From positions 64,219-128,218 of the forward strand of contig JAJTXY010000002.1 in NCBI GenBank assembly GCA_021463865.1: a stretch of 64,000 bases of DNA, in the 5' to 3' direction. This document shows positions 35,589 through 44,047 of the stretch, in pieces. Both the position numbers and the translations under genes were made by a program. Below the pieces are notes generated by a model that was not told the origin of the DNA, did not search any database, and saw nothing but the letters and a program-made list of their open reading frames with translations. Positions within the stretch are counted from its first letter, which is position 1, and each line of letters begins with the position of its first letter. Source of the DNA: Anaerolineae bacterium (GTDB lineage Bacteria > Chloroflexota > Anaerolineae > Aggregatilineales > J027).

Positions 35589-36470
35589 TTAGCCCAATTC
35601 CCTATTCCGGGTTTGGCTCATTAGATGGATATAACCATCTTCCAGACTTGGCTCAGTGGATACGGCGTTCGGGAAAGCTCCTGCATCCCCGATCACCCGA
35701 TACTGCGTCCCTTGCGCCAATTGAAGTGTGGAGACCACTTTTAGACCGTGATTCGGGCGTTCTCCATCCGTCACAATGTTCCAGACCTGTCCACGTGTTT
35801 TTTGGATTAACTCATTGGGCGCACCCCGAAACAGCACAGTTCCGTTATACATGATAGCCAAATCACGGCAACTTTGGCTGATATCTTCAATGATATGGGT
35901 TGAAAGAATCACCGTCGCATTTTCTGCCAGTTCCGAAAACAGGTTTCGCAGCCGTACTCGTTCTTCAGGATCAAGTCCTGCCGTTGGTTCATCCACAATA
36001 ATAAGCCGAGGATTGCCGATGAGGGCCTGCGCGATGCCGATACGCCGTTTCATGCCGCCAGAATAGGCCTTTAGTCTGCGGTCTGCTACCTCGGTCAAAT
36101 GCACCTTTTCTAAGGCTTCCTGTACCTGCCGCCTGCGCTGCTGGCGATTGGTAACGCCCTTCAAAATAGCGACATAATCTAAAAACTCGGCGCCCATCAA
36201 ATGCGGATAGAGGCCAAGTTCTTGTGGCAGATACCCTAATATAGCTTTGGCGGCTTGTTTACCTTTTAGGGTGTGCATATCGTGTCCGTTGACCTCGACG
36301 CGGCCAGTCGTCCAATGCAGCAATCCGGCGATGATTCTCATGAGACTGGTTTTGCCCGCGCCATTTGGCCCAACCAATCCAAACATCCCAGTCCCGATTT
36401 CAAGCGAAATATCATTCAGTGCCGTGACATCACCTTTATAGATTTTGGTGAGATGTTCAATTTTAATCAT
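35589..36470 (-). CDS. ABC transporter ATP-binding protein
   Basis: Walker A GPNGAGKTS, signature YSGGMKRR, Walker B LIIVDEPTAGLD. Start is the ATG at 36470 (MIKIEHLTKIY). The longer ORF overlaps the upstream gene. Confidence 0.9.
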   Translation of the reverse strand: MIKIEHLTKIYKGDVTALNDISLEIGTGMFGLVGPNGAGKTSLMRIIAGLLHWTTGRVEVNGHDMHTLKGKQAAKAILGYLPQELGLYPHLMGAEFLDYVAILKGVTNRQQRRRQVQEALEKVHLTEVADRRLKAYSGGMKRRIGIAQALIGNPRLIIVDEPTAGLDPEERVRLRNLFSELAENATVILSTHIIEDISQSCRDLAIMYNGTVLFRGAPNELIQKTRGQVWNIVTDGERPNHGLKVVSTLQLAQGTQYRVIGDAGAFPNAVSTEPSLEDGYIHLMSQTRNRELG

Positions 36471-36481
36471 GGTTTTCGCTC

Positions 36482-37297
36482 CTAATGCTGTTCCTTCCAA
36501 CGCATCCAGCCCCACATTACTACCCCTATCAAGGCAAGCTCGCCTATACCGACGACTGCTGCAATAACCGCATCCGTGAGCGCTCCTGTTTGGTTGACCC
36601 GAATATAGTAGGCAAAAATCGGCCAACGCAGCGGACTGATGAAATCCCAAAGGTCAGCGCTTTCCTTTATGTTGCTGTCCATCCCCAGAAAATTCGGCAG
36701 GATAAACATACAACCAATGGTTAGCAGGACGGCCCGTAGACGATTAGGTTGAGTAGCCGTGAGCAAGACCCCCATTCCCCCATTAAGCACTGTCAAGATG
36801 CCCAAACCCAGTATCCACATGCTGATATAGGGTAGGGGCTTATAACTTCCCAGAAAAAACCACCATAGCACACCCGTAATCACCATTAGGACAAAATTTC
36901 CCCATAACACCGCCGCCCATACCCCCATAACCTTCCCCCACAAATAAGTGCTGCGTGACACCGGAAGGCTACGGAACAGCTCTGAGACCCCACTCTGCCG
37001 ATCAAGCGGAATGGTATCGGCGACACCAATGGGCAAAATAAATCCGAGGGTTACTGCGCCGACAAACCACGTGGAAAAAATAGCAAACCACGTGTTCAAC
37101 TCAGCATCTGATAGCCCTGTCTCACTCTTGACTGGCCCATACACATTCTTCTCAAAGTCTTCGGTATGTTGGAGTAAACTGGTAATCACGATGAGCGCAA
37201 AAAGGGCATTCATCAATATCTTCAATGCACGCCGTCGCCAGTGCATTTTCAACTCGTACCAAACCATGCCGCGCAGTTGATATGTAACCCTGTTCAT
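36482..37297 (-). CDS. ABC-2-type-like transporter membrane protein
   Basis: 271-aa protein with about 6 TM segments, immediately upstream of the ATPase. ATGA overlap with the preceding gene. Confidence 0.55.
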   Translation of the reverse strand: MNRVTYQLRGMVWYELKMHWRRRALKILMNALFALIVITSLLQHTEDFEKNVYGPVKSETGLSDAELNTWFAIFSTWFVGAVTLGFILPIGVADTIPLDRQSGVSELFRSLPVSRSTYLWGKVMGVWAAVLWGNFVLMVITGVLWWFFLGSYKPLPYISMWILGLGILTVLNGGMGVLLTATQPNRLRAVLLTIGCMFILPNFLGMDSNIKESADLWDFISPLRWPIFAYYIRVNQTGALTDAVIAAVVGIGELALIGVVMWGWMRWKEQH

Positions 37298-38115
37298 AGC
37301 CCCTCCACTATTTTTGAAATAGCGCTACGGGTGCGGCCTTTGGAAGTAGCCCCCAGTAGGACAACTTCTTCATCGCGTAGATAAGCCCCTCCCCGACTGA
37401 TCAAGAAAAATCCGATTAAGGACACAAGGGCACGATTCACCCAATAATCCTCCCAGCCCAAATCTTGCGGCAGCAAATAGGGGTTCATTGACCAGAGATA
37501 AGGCTGAATAGTATCCAATGGTGAAATGACAGGCATACCGGGTAATAGCAGAGGGCCAAAAAACAGCCCAACAAACCACACCAGTGCTGCGATTGCCACC
37601 CCGAAGGCCAGTACCCGCGATTTGAGGGTTGTATATGTCCCCACGCCCATCAGCAAAAGCGTGGGGGGTATCCAACGAATCAGGGCCAGACCAAGCGTCC
37701 GGTCATCGAAAAAGAAAAAACTGATGAGAACGCCAACCAATGCGGCAACGACTTGAAATATGAAAGCAAGGCCCAAGCGTTCGGCCAACACCCAGACAAT
37801 CGGACGGGGATAGGTCAACAGGATTTCAAGCACGTTTTCATCTGTTGGGGAAAACAAAACAGCAGCTTGAATACCCATGACCAGCGGAATAACGATTTCG
37901 ACCACTCGGCCTTTATCCTCCCCTAGTCCAAAATCGCCACTTGCTGAGAACAGCATCAGGAAGAAGCCCAGACTAACCAATAATCCCCACATTCCTACCA
38001 TGCGGAAGGTCATCCGCAGAGTAAATTGAGTCCGGTATCGAATGAGGGTTTGAAAAGCGTGCCATCCATTCCAAGAGACAAGGGCAGCCAATCCACCTAC
38101 AATGAAGTAAATCAT
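37294..38115 (-). CDS. polytopic membrane protein (ABC-2-like permease candidate)
   Basis: 273-aa multi-TM ORF with 4-nt overlaps on both sides. Confidence 0.5.
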   Translation of the reverse strand: MIYFIVGGLAALVSWNGWHAFQTLIRYRTQFTLRMTFRMVGMWGLLVSLGFFLMLFSASGDFGLGEDKGRVVEIVIPLVMGIQAAVLFSPTDENVLEILLTYPRPIVWVLAERLGLAFIFQVVAALVGVLISFFFFDDRTLGLALIRWIPPTLLLMGVGTYTTLKSRVLAFGVAIAALVWFVGLFFGPLLLPGMPVISPLDTIQPYLWSMNPYLLPQDLGWEDYWVNRALVSLIGFFLISRGGAYLRDEEVVLLGATSKGRTRSAISKIVEGL

Positions 38116-38957
38116 GCCGTTGTCCTTAACTCCCGGTCAGATTTCTCAAGGAACAGAAATGTCGTCAATAGAGCCAAGACGGTTGCTATCAAGAGAAAGG
38201 GGCGGGTACTTTCATCACGCAGGCCGGGCAGCGACAGCGCATAAACAAGCGTATGGTCAGGGGTCGCTTGAGTGAGAAAAACGTGCAGACTCCACATGAG
38301 CAAGGATGCTGCGATGCTGAACGCTGTACTACGTAAGACGATGCTCATCAAAAACGCAACCGACGACAAGAAGGTCATGGGTAGGAGCCAAGCCAAAATC
38401 AGTGGGCCAAGTGAGATTTCAGCCCTTGCAATGGCTAAGATAACACTGCCGACCAGAGTCATAAGGAGATTGAAGCTAAAAACCAGCATCAGACGGGCCA
38501 GCAAAATTCGAAGGATACCCGTTGGGGTGGCGTCCTCAATTTCAAGCTGGATTTCGTATTCCGCATCATAAAGCAAACCCACCCCCACCGCCGCCATAAT
38601 TGGGGCAAGGATCACCAGCGGGGCAAAAACATCGGTGTCAGGTTGGTAGAATACCAAAGTGACAAAGGTGCCGATCAAGATGACCAAAGCGGAGGCTGCC
38701 CATAATTCTTTACGAATGATGCGCAGTTGACCCTGCAAAATAAGCCAAAGCCAACGCAAATTGGGCCGTTGATTCCCACTAATAGTCAATCCTTCAGTTG
38801 AGAGCCGAGTGAGCAGTGCTTGAATTTCAGCATTGGATGTTGTGGGGTTAGGCCATTGTCTAAGTGCTTGGATAGGACCTATGAGCGCATCCGCTGCCTC
38901 ATCAGAACTTGTATCTTCGATTAACATATCCTGCAAACGCTTAGGATCGTCTATCAT
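38112..38957 (-). CDS. polytopic membrane protein with an N-terminal domain of about 85 aa predicted cytoplasmic (possible anti-sigma function)
   Basis: Directly follows the ECF sigma gene and overlaps it by 4 nt. No zinc-binding anti-sigma motif is recognisable. Confidence 0.45.
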   Translation of the reverse strand: MIDDPKRLQDMLIEDTSSDEAADALIGPIQALRQWPNPTTSNAEIQALLTRLSTEGLTISGNQRPNLRWLWLILQGQLRIIRKELWAASALVILIGTFVTLVFYQPDTDVFAPLVILAPIMAAVGVGLLYDAEYEIQLEIEDATPTGILRILLARLMLVFSFNLLMTLVGSVILAIARAEISLGPLILAWLLPMTFLSSVAFLMSIVLRSTAFSIAASLLMWSLHVFLTQATPDHTLVYALSLPGLRDESTRPFLLIATVLALLTTFLFLEKSDRELRTTA

Positions 38958-39502
38958 GTTGATTCCTCGATTAACTCGCGTAGACGCCGGAGGCCTATAC
39001 TTAACCTTGATTTGACCGTGCCCTCTGGAATCTTTAGGCTTTCCGCGATCTGGGCCAGCGGTATTTCCTCGTAATAGCGCAAGAGAATGACTTCGCGCTG
39101 ATGCAAGGGCAGTTTGGCAAGGGCTTGGATGACATGTTGGGTTTCTTCATTTGTCACCAACTGCGTTTCTGGCAAGGGACCAACATCCATTAGGTTATGC
39201 CAGTCCATTTCCGATGCGGTAATCGTATGGCGAGTGTCGGCCTGTTCAAAATGCTGGCGGACGAGATTGGTCGCAATCGCATAAAGCCATGCTTTAAAAG
39301 GGCGCGGGTATTGATATTGATGGATGTTCCGAAGTGCCCTCAGAAACGTTTCTTGTGCCATGTCCTCACTCAATAGCAAATTTCCGTTGGTCATACGATA
39401 GAGATAGCCTTTTAATGGGCTATAATGCCGCTCCACCAATAGTGCCAAATTGGGAATACACCCTTGTTGAATTCCTTGTGCCAGTGCTTCGTCGGTTTGC
39501 AA
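38954..39502 (-). CDS. ECF-type RNA polymerase sigma-70 family factor
   Basis: Region 2 and region 4 (IPLAQIAESLKIPEGTVKSRLSIGLRRLRELI). TTG start at 39502 with an AGGAG RBS. Confidence 0.8.
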   Translation of the reverse strand: MQTDEALAQGIQQGCIPNLALLVERHYSPLKGYLYRMTNGNLLLSEDMAQETFLRALRNIHQYQYPRPFKAWLYAIATNLVRQHFEQADTRHTITASEMDWHNLMDVGPLPETQLVTNEETQHVIQALAKLPLHQREVILLRYYEEIPLAQIAESLKIPEGTVKSRLSIGLRRLRELIEEST

Positions 39503-39750
39503 TCCCGATTTACTCCTATGCAGCGGCCTATCAACACCCTAATATCGGATTGAACTCAAAACGTTCACGCTTCAAGAAAACAATTGATAAATCATACGAG
39601 TTTAACAGTGTGCGTTTGATATTCGCAGGCAATGAGCGATTTGAAGAAGCACCACCTCAAGATAAAAACACAAGCATGACTGTGCCCGTGTTTTTAAGGA
39701 TGTTTCTGATGTCGAGCGGGGTTAGCGGTTTTCAGCGACTATGGGTATTT

Positions 39751-42297
39751 TTATAAGCGCGGGTCTACGGGTTCGCTTTCAAGGGCAAGTACCCCAAAGA
39801 CACCCTCATGTACACGGCGTAGCGGTTCTTTTTGGACAAACCGTTCCAGCGACTCAATACTCAGGGCAAATTCGCGGGCGGCCAAAGACCGCTTGCCTTT
39901 CAGACCACGACTACGCAGACGGACAATCTGCTCAGGGGCGGTGTACTCTGGCCCATAGATAATCCGCAGATATTCGCGTCCGCGTACCTTCATCGCAGGC
40001 TGAAGAATCCCATAGCGACCTTTGACAATAAAATCTAGCGGTTTGACAACCATACCCTCGCCGCCTTGTTGGGTCATTTCCTCCCACCAATGTACCCCTT
40101 CGGCTTGACTATCGGGATTCGTAACATCCACGATTTTATAGGCGGTTGGATACAGCACGGTTTCGCCAACCGGATGCAGCTTGCCGATCATTTCCATATG
40201 CCAGAGATGAGATTTATCGGCATGGGTAGACCGTTCACTGGCTAACAAATGAAAAGGCGCTAGTTTCAGATCATCAATGGAGGTCACATCCCAACAATAG
40301 CGCCGGTAGGCCTCAATATAGTGATTGACCATTGCCGCGCGCGGTTGGAAATGACCCAATAACTGAGCCGCATCGGTCAGACGGGCGGATGTCATTTCAA
40401 GAGCGGCGATAGTCTCACGCATCGCATTGCCTGCTGCCGACCCCACCGCTGCATACTGGCGCTGCAATAATTCCTGTGCTTTGGCTGACCAAGGCATCAA
40501 TTCGCAGTCGAGGGCCAGCCAGTCAGTATTGAGTTCATCCCACCAACCTGCTTCTCCAATGGCATCGCGTACCCGACTCAAAAATTCGGTTTCTAGTAGG
40601 CCGTCATCAAAGAAACGGCGTCCAGTACGGGTATAACATACTCCAAAACCCTCACCGATCACACCAAAACGCCGACGGGCCGCATCTTCATCCCGACAAA
40701 CAATCACTACAGCCCGTGACCCCATATGTTTTTCTTCGCAGATCACCTGTGGCACGCCATTGTCGCGGTAATAGGCAAAGGCCTCCAGCGGATGTTCTAG
40801 TAAATCAGGCAGTTGCGTTGTTTCCGTTGGTGACATAGTGGGTGGCAAATAAATCAGCCATTTCGGATTGACTGCAAAACGACTCATGACCTCCAACGCC
40901 GCAATCGCATTTTCCTCCCGAATGGTGATATGTTTCATCAAACGTGTATTGATAAGCCGCTTACCGATAACATCCTCAATATCCAGCACATCATCGTACT
41001 GCTGTTGAGAGGTCAGTGCCGGGGCGCTTTCGGTTAGGAAGGGTCGCACCGGTTCAGAATAGGTGTGCCGTGCCGGAACCGACACCACTTCTTTTTCGGG
41101 ATAACGTAAGGCTGTTAATGCCCCGCCGAATACACAGCCCGTATCAATATTGATGGTTCGGTTTAACCATTCCGCTTGCGGCACAGGCGTATGCCCATAC
41201 ACGACGGTTGCCGAGCCGCGATATTCAGCCGCCCAATTATGACGCACTGGCAGGCCGAACTCGTCGGTCTCGCCAGTCGTTTCGCCATACAGGGCAAATT
41301 CACGGACAGTGCCCGAAGCGCGTCCAGCATAATTTTCTTTCATACCCGCATGGGCCACCACCAAACGCCCTCCATCCAGTACATAATGGCTAATGAGGCC
41401 CTCGACAAAATCCGCTACCTGTTTTTTGAATTCAGGGGTCTCGTTTTCCAATTGCGCCAACGATTCAGCAAGGCCATGTTTGATTTGCACATCTCGCCCG
41501 CGCAGTTTTCGCATGAGTTTAATGTCATGATTACCGGGGACACAGATCGCCGTGCCTGTCTCAACCATGCCCATCACCAAGCGAAGAACATCCGGGATTT
41601 TTGGCCCACGATCTACCAAGTCACCCAAAAAGATGGCTTTGCGGCCTTCCGAGGGTGTCACTTGTGTACCATTAACGGCATAACCCATGTTTTCCAGTAA
41701 CGTCACGAGTTCATCAAAGCAACCATGCACATCGCCGATGATATCAAATGGGCCATGTTCATGTTTCAGATTATTATGTAAGGGCTGGCGCGTAATCTGG
41801 ACAGCGGCGATTTCTTCCTCAGATTTCAAGATATAGACCTGCCGAAAACCCTCCTTTTCCAATAGGCGGAGGGAACGTCTTAGCTCTTGGCGCTGACGTT
41901 TAATGACCTGCGACCCAAAATTTCGATCCGCCCGTTTCTGGTTGCGTTCGATGCAGATGCGTTCCGGTACGTCCAAAACAATCGCTGTCAGCAAAGCATG
42001 ATGTTCACGGGCCAGTTTAATCAGGGGCTTACGGGCATCAGGCTGCACGCTGGTCGCATCAATGACTGTCAATTTCATATTGGCGAGGCGTTTACCTGCG
42101 ATGAAATGAACCACTTCAAAGGCATCTTTGGTGGCGTCTTGGCTATTTTCATCATCCGAGACCAACCCCCGGCAAAAATCCGAGGAGATGATTTCGGTTG
42201 GCAAAAAGTGCGTCCGTGCAAAAGTAGATTTACCGCTGCCAGAGACGCCAATCAATACAACAAGTGAGAACTCAGGAAGGGTAATATTTAAGGTCAT
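39751..42297 (-). CDS. pnkp: polynucleotide kinase-phosphatase with C-terminal ligase-like adenylyltransferase domain (bacterial Pnkp)
   Basis: Kinase P-loop GVSGSGKST. Metallophosphoesterase motifs GDVHGC, GDLVDRG and GNHD. A ligase-like C-terminal domain (EEKHMGSR). 848 aa. Confidence 0.85.
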   Translation of the reverse strand: MTLNITLPEFSLVVLIGVSGSGKSTFARTHFLPTEIISSDFCRGLVSDDENSQDATKDAFEVVHFIAGKRLANMKLTVIDATSVQPDARKPLIKLAREHHALLTAIVLDVPERICIERNQKRADRNFGSQVIKRQRQELRRSLRLLEKEGFRQVYILKSEEEIAAVQITRQPLHNNLKHEHGPFDIIGDVHGCFDELVTLLENMGYAVNGTQVTPSEGRKAIFLGDLVDRGPKIPDVLRLVMGMVETGTAICVPGNHDIKLMRKLRGRDVQIKHGLAESLAQLENETPEFKKQVADFVEGLISHYVLDGGRLVVAHAGMKENYAGRASGTVREFALYGETTGETDEFGLPVRHNWAAEYRGSATVVYGHTPVPQAEWLNRTINIDTGCVFGGALTALRYPEKEVVSVPARHTYSEPVRPFLTESAPALTSQQQYDDVLDIEDVIGKRLINTRLMKHITIREENAIAALEVMSRFAVNPKWLIYLPPTMSPTETTQLPDLLEHPLEAFAYYRDNGVPQVICEEKHMGSRAVVIVCRDEDAARRRFGVIGEGFGVCYTRTGRRFFDDGLLETEFLSRVRDAIGEAGWWDELNTDWLALDCELMPWSAKAQELLQRQYAAVGSAAGNAMRETIAALEMTSARLTDAAQLLGHFQPRAAMVNHYIEAYRRYCWDVTSIDDLKLAPFHLLASERSTHADKSHLWHMEMIGKLHPVGETVLYPTAYKIVDVTNPDSQAEGVHWWEEMTQQGGEGMVVKPLDFIVKGRYGILQPAMKVRGREYLRIIYGPEYTAPEQIVRLRSRGLKGKRSLAAREFALSIESLERFVQKEPLRRVHEGVFGVLALESEPVDPRL

Positions 42298-42298
42298 T

Positions 42299-43705
42299 TC
42301 ACACGTTTTCTGTTGCCACTATATCAAAAATCGCCATCTGACTAGGTGAGCCAACCTGCAAATCTTCTGGCCCAATGGGTAAAAACCGCACCTGATAGCC
42401 GAATCGTTCCGCAATACCACTGGCCCATGTCTGAAACTCGGCACGTGTCCATTCAAAGCGATGGTCACGATGGCGAAATCTACCAGCAGGAAGGCTTTCC
42501 CACATCACGTTATATTCCGCATTGGGTGTTGTGATGACAGCCATTGTGGGATGAGCGAATTCAAATAACACCCGCTCAAACGCCGCCAAACGGGGAGGGT
42601 CGAGATGCTCAATGACTTCAACCACTGCCGCCGCATCAAAGCCTTTTAGTCGCGCATCTCGATACATCAATGACCCCTGTGCGATTTGAATACGTTCGCG
42701 TTGTTTGGGTGGCAAACGATCTAGGCGTAGTTTTTCGCTGGCGATTTCCAACGCATGAATAGACACATCTATGCCTAAAATGGACGTGAATTGCGGTTCT
42801 TGCAGCAGCATGGATAACAATCGCCCCTCACCGCAACCCAAATCAAGAACACGTTGTGCCCCGCTGTTTTTGAGAACCGACAACACTGCTCCCAATCGCT
42901 GTTGATGCAGGCTCACCCGTTCCTCAATTTTCGCCTCTTCCGCGTCGTGTTCGTCGCTTTCTTCGTCAATGCGGGGTGAATCTTCGACCAGTCTAGCGAG
43001 GGCTTCACGTTTGAGGCTATGTTGATGCTTCAAGTAACGGGCCGTGATTAATTCTTTAGCCGGATGGGAAGCGAGCCACCCTTCGCCATGCCGCAGCAGT
43101 TTTTCTACTTCATCGCTGCCGACATAATAATGTTTTTCATCATCCAGCACTGGAATCAGCACATAAAGATGCGAAAGCAGGTCAGTCAAACGAATGGTAT
43201 GGCACAGCGTCACCGTATAATAAGTGCTCTCGCCCCATGCTGGAAAAGTTTCGTCTAGCAGATAGCACTCGATGGTAACAGCATAGCCCAATGGCTCAAA
43301 TAGTTTTCGCAGCATGGCCTCACCACCTCGGCAGGGAAGTGCCGTAAATTTTGCTTCCAATGGAATGGCGGTTTGCGCCAATTCAGGCCGTGTTTTGCAA
43401 ATACCCGATAATGCCGTCCCGTACACCTGTGAAATGGCGACGCTCATAAATGAGGACGCGACATACGGGCGATCATTGACATACGGTTCTAGCGCAAATG
43501 TACTCATCCCACGTCCACGTACCAGTCCTACCGGATTGATGTCTAATAGCAAGGCGGCGGTACATCGTTCCGGTTTCGCTTCCGGATAGAACACATGGGC
43601 CTGTCCAAAATTAAGTTCAAACGATTGAACACGATCCGGGTGTTTGTATAACAAATAGCCAAGATCGGTGGCAGGGGAGTGGGTTGTGGTAATGGTTAGC
43701 AGCAT
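42299..43705 (-). CDS. hen1: 3'-terminal RNA ribose 2'-O-methyltransferase Hen1
   Basis: N-terminus MLLTITTTHSPATDLGYLLYKHPDR. C-terminal SAM methyltransferase motif VLDLGCGEG. It ends 1 nt before the pnkp start. Confidence 0.85.
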   Translation of the reverse strand: MLLTITTTHSPATDLGYLLYKHPDRVQSFELNFGQAHVFYPEAKPERCTAALLLDINPVGLVRGRGMSTFALEPYVNDRPYVASSFMSVAISQVYGTALSGICKTRPELAQTAIPLEAKFTALPCRGGEAMLRKLFEPLGYAVTIECYLLDETFPAWGESTYYTVTLCHTIRLTDLLSHLYVLIPVLDDEKHYYVGSDEVEKLLRHGEGWLASHPAKELITARYLKHQHSLKREALARLVEDSPRIDEESDEHDAEEAKIEERVSLHQQRLGAVLSVLKNSGAQRVLDLGCGEGRLLSMLLQEPQFTSILGIDVSIHALEIASEKLRLDRLPPKQRERIQIAQGSLMYRDARLKGFDAAAVVEVIEHLDPPRLAAFERVLFEFAHPTMAVITTPNAEYNVMWESLPAGRFRHRDHRFEWTRAEFQTWASGIAERFGYQVRFLPIGPEDLQVGSPSQMAIFDIVATENV

Positions 43706-43865
43706 CGTTTTGGTTTCTTGTTGGTCATTTTCCACTTATCATAAAAGACTAAATTCAAAATGTTAAGGGTCAAGATTCATATTTACATATTTTAAAACAT
43801 TTTAAGAGGCCACAATAGTCCAAGTAAAGTTTAGATAGATTAAAGAGAGGGCTTGGCTCAAATAG

Positions 43866-43903
43866 GTAAATAAAAACCAGCCACCTGTTGAAGATGACTG
43901 GTT
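43866..43903 (-). terminator. Rho-independent terminator of the tRNA gene
   Basis: On the minus strand: AACCAGTCA / TGGCTGGTT hairpin (43875-43903) followed by TTTTTATTT. Confidence 0.6.
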
Positions 43904-43920
43904 GGTCAATTTGCGGCTAG

Positions 43921-43993
43921 TGGGCCTAGAGGGATTCGAACCCCCAACCAAGCGATTATGAGTCGCCTGCTCTAACCGTTGAGCTACAGGCCC
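43921..43993 (-). tRNA. tRNA with CAU anticodon (Met by anticodon; the anticodon arm resembles lysidine-dependent tRNA-Ile2)
   Basis: 73-nt cloverleaf: GGGCCTG-TA-GCTC-AACGGTTA-GAGC-A-GGCGA-CTCATAA-TCGCT-TGGTT-GGGGG-TTCGAAT-CCCTC-TAGGCCC-A. No encoded CCA. Confidence 0.9.
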
Positions 43994-44047
43994 ATCACAA
44001 CTAAAAGTATACTGGACTCTCTTTTAATTGCAAAGCCAGAATTTATG

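Noticed and set aside
35509-35595. A possible 28-codon TTG-initiated peptide (MITLHLYCLNPPHPLPLFVGVETYLFEN) inside the candidate sRNA. A longer 72-aa ORF spans 35374-35592.
   Set aside because: It has no RBS. The 72-aa version starts inside the propeller gene and reads through its terminator. The hairpin + T-run reading is more parsimonious.
39503-43993. The idea that hen1-pnkp (and the ECF/ABC operon) form a genomic island integrated at the 3' end of the tRNA(CAU) gene.
   Set aside because: I found no integrase or recombinase. I could not find a direct repeat of the tRNA 3' end in the candidate boundaries (39503-39750 or 35384-35588). The coding GC looks like the rest of the window.
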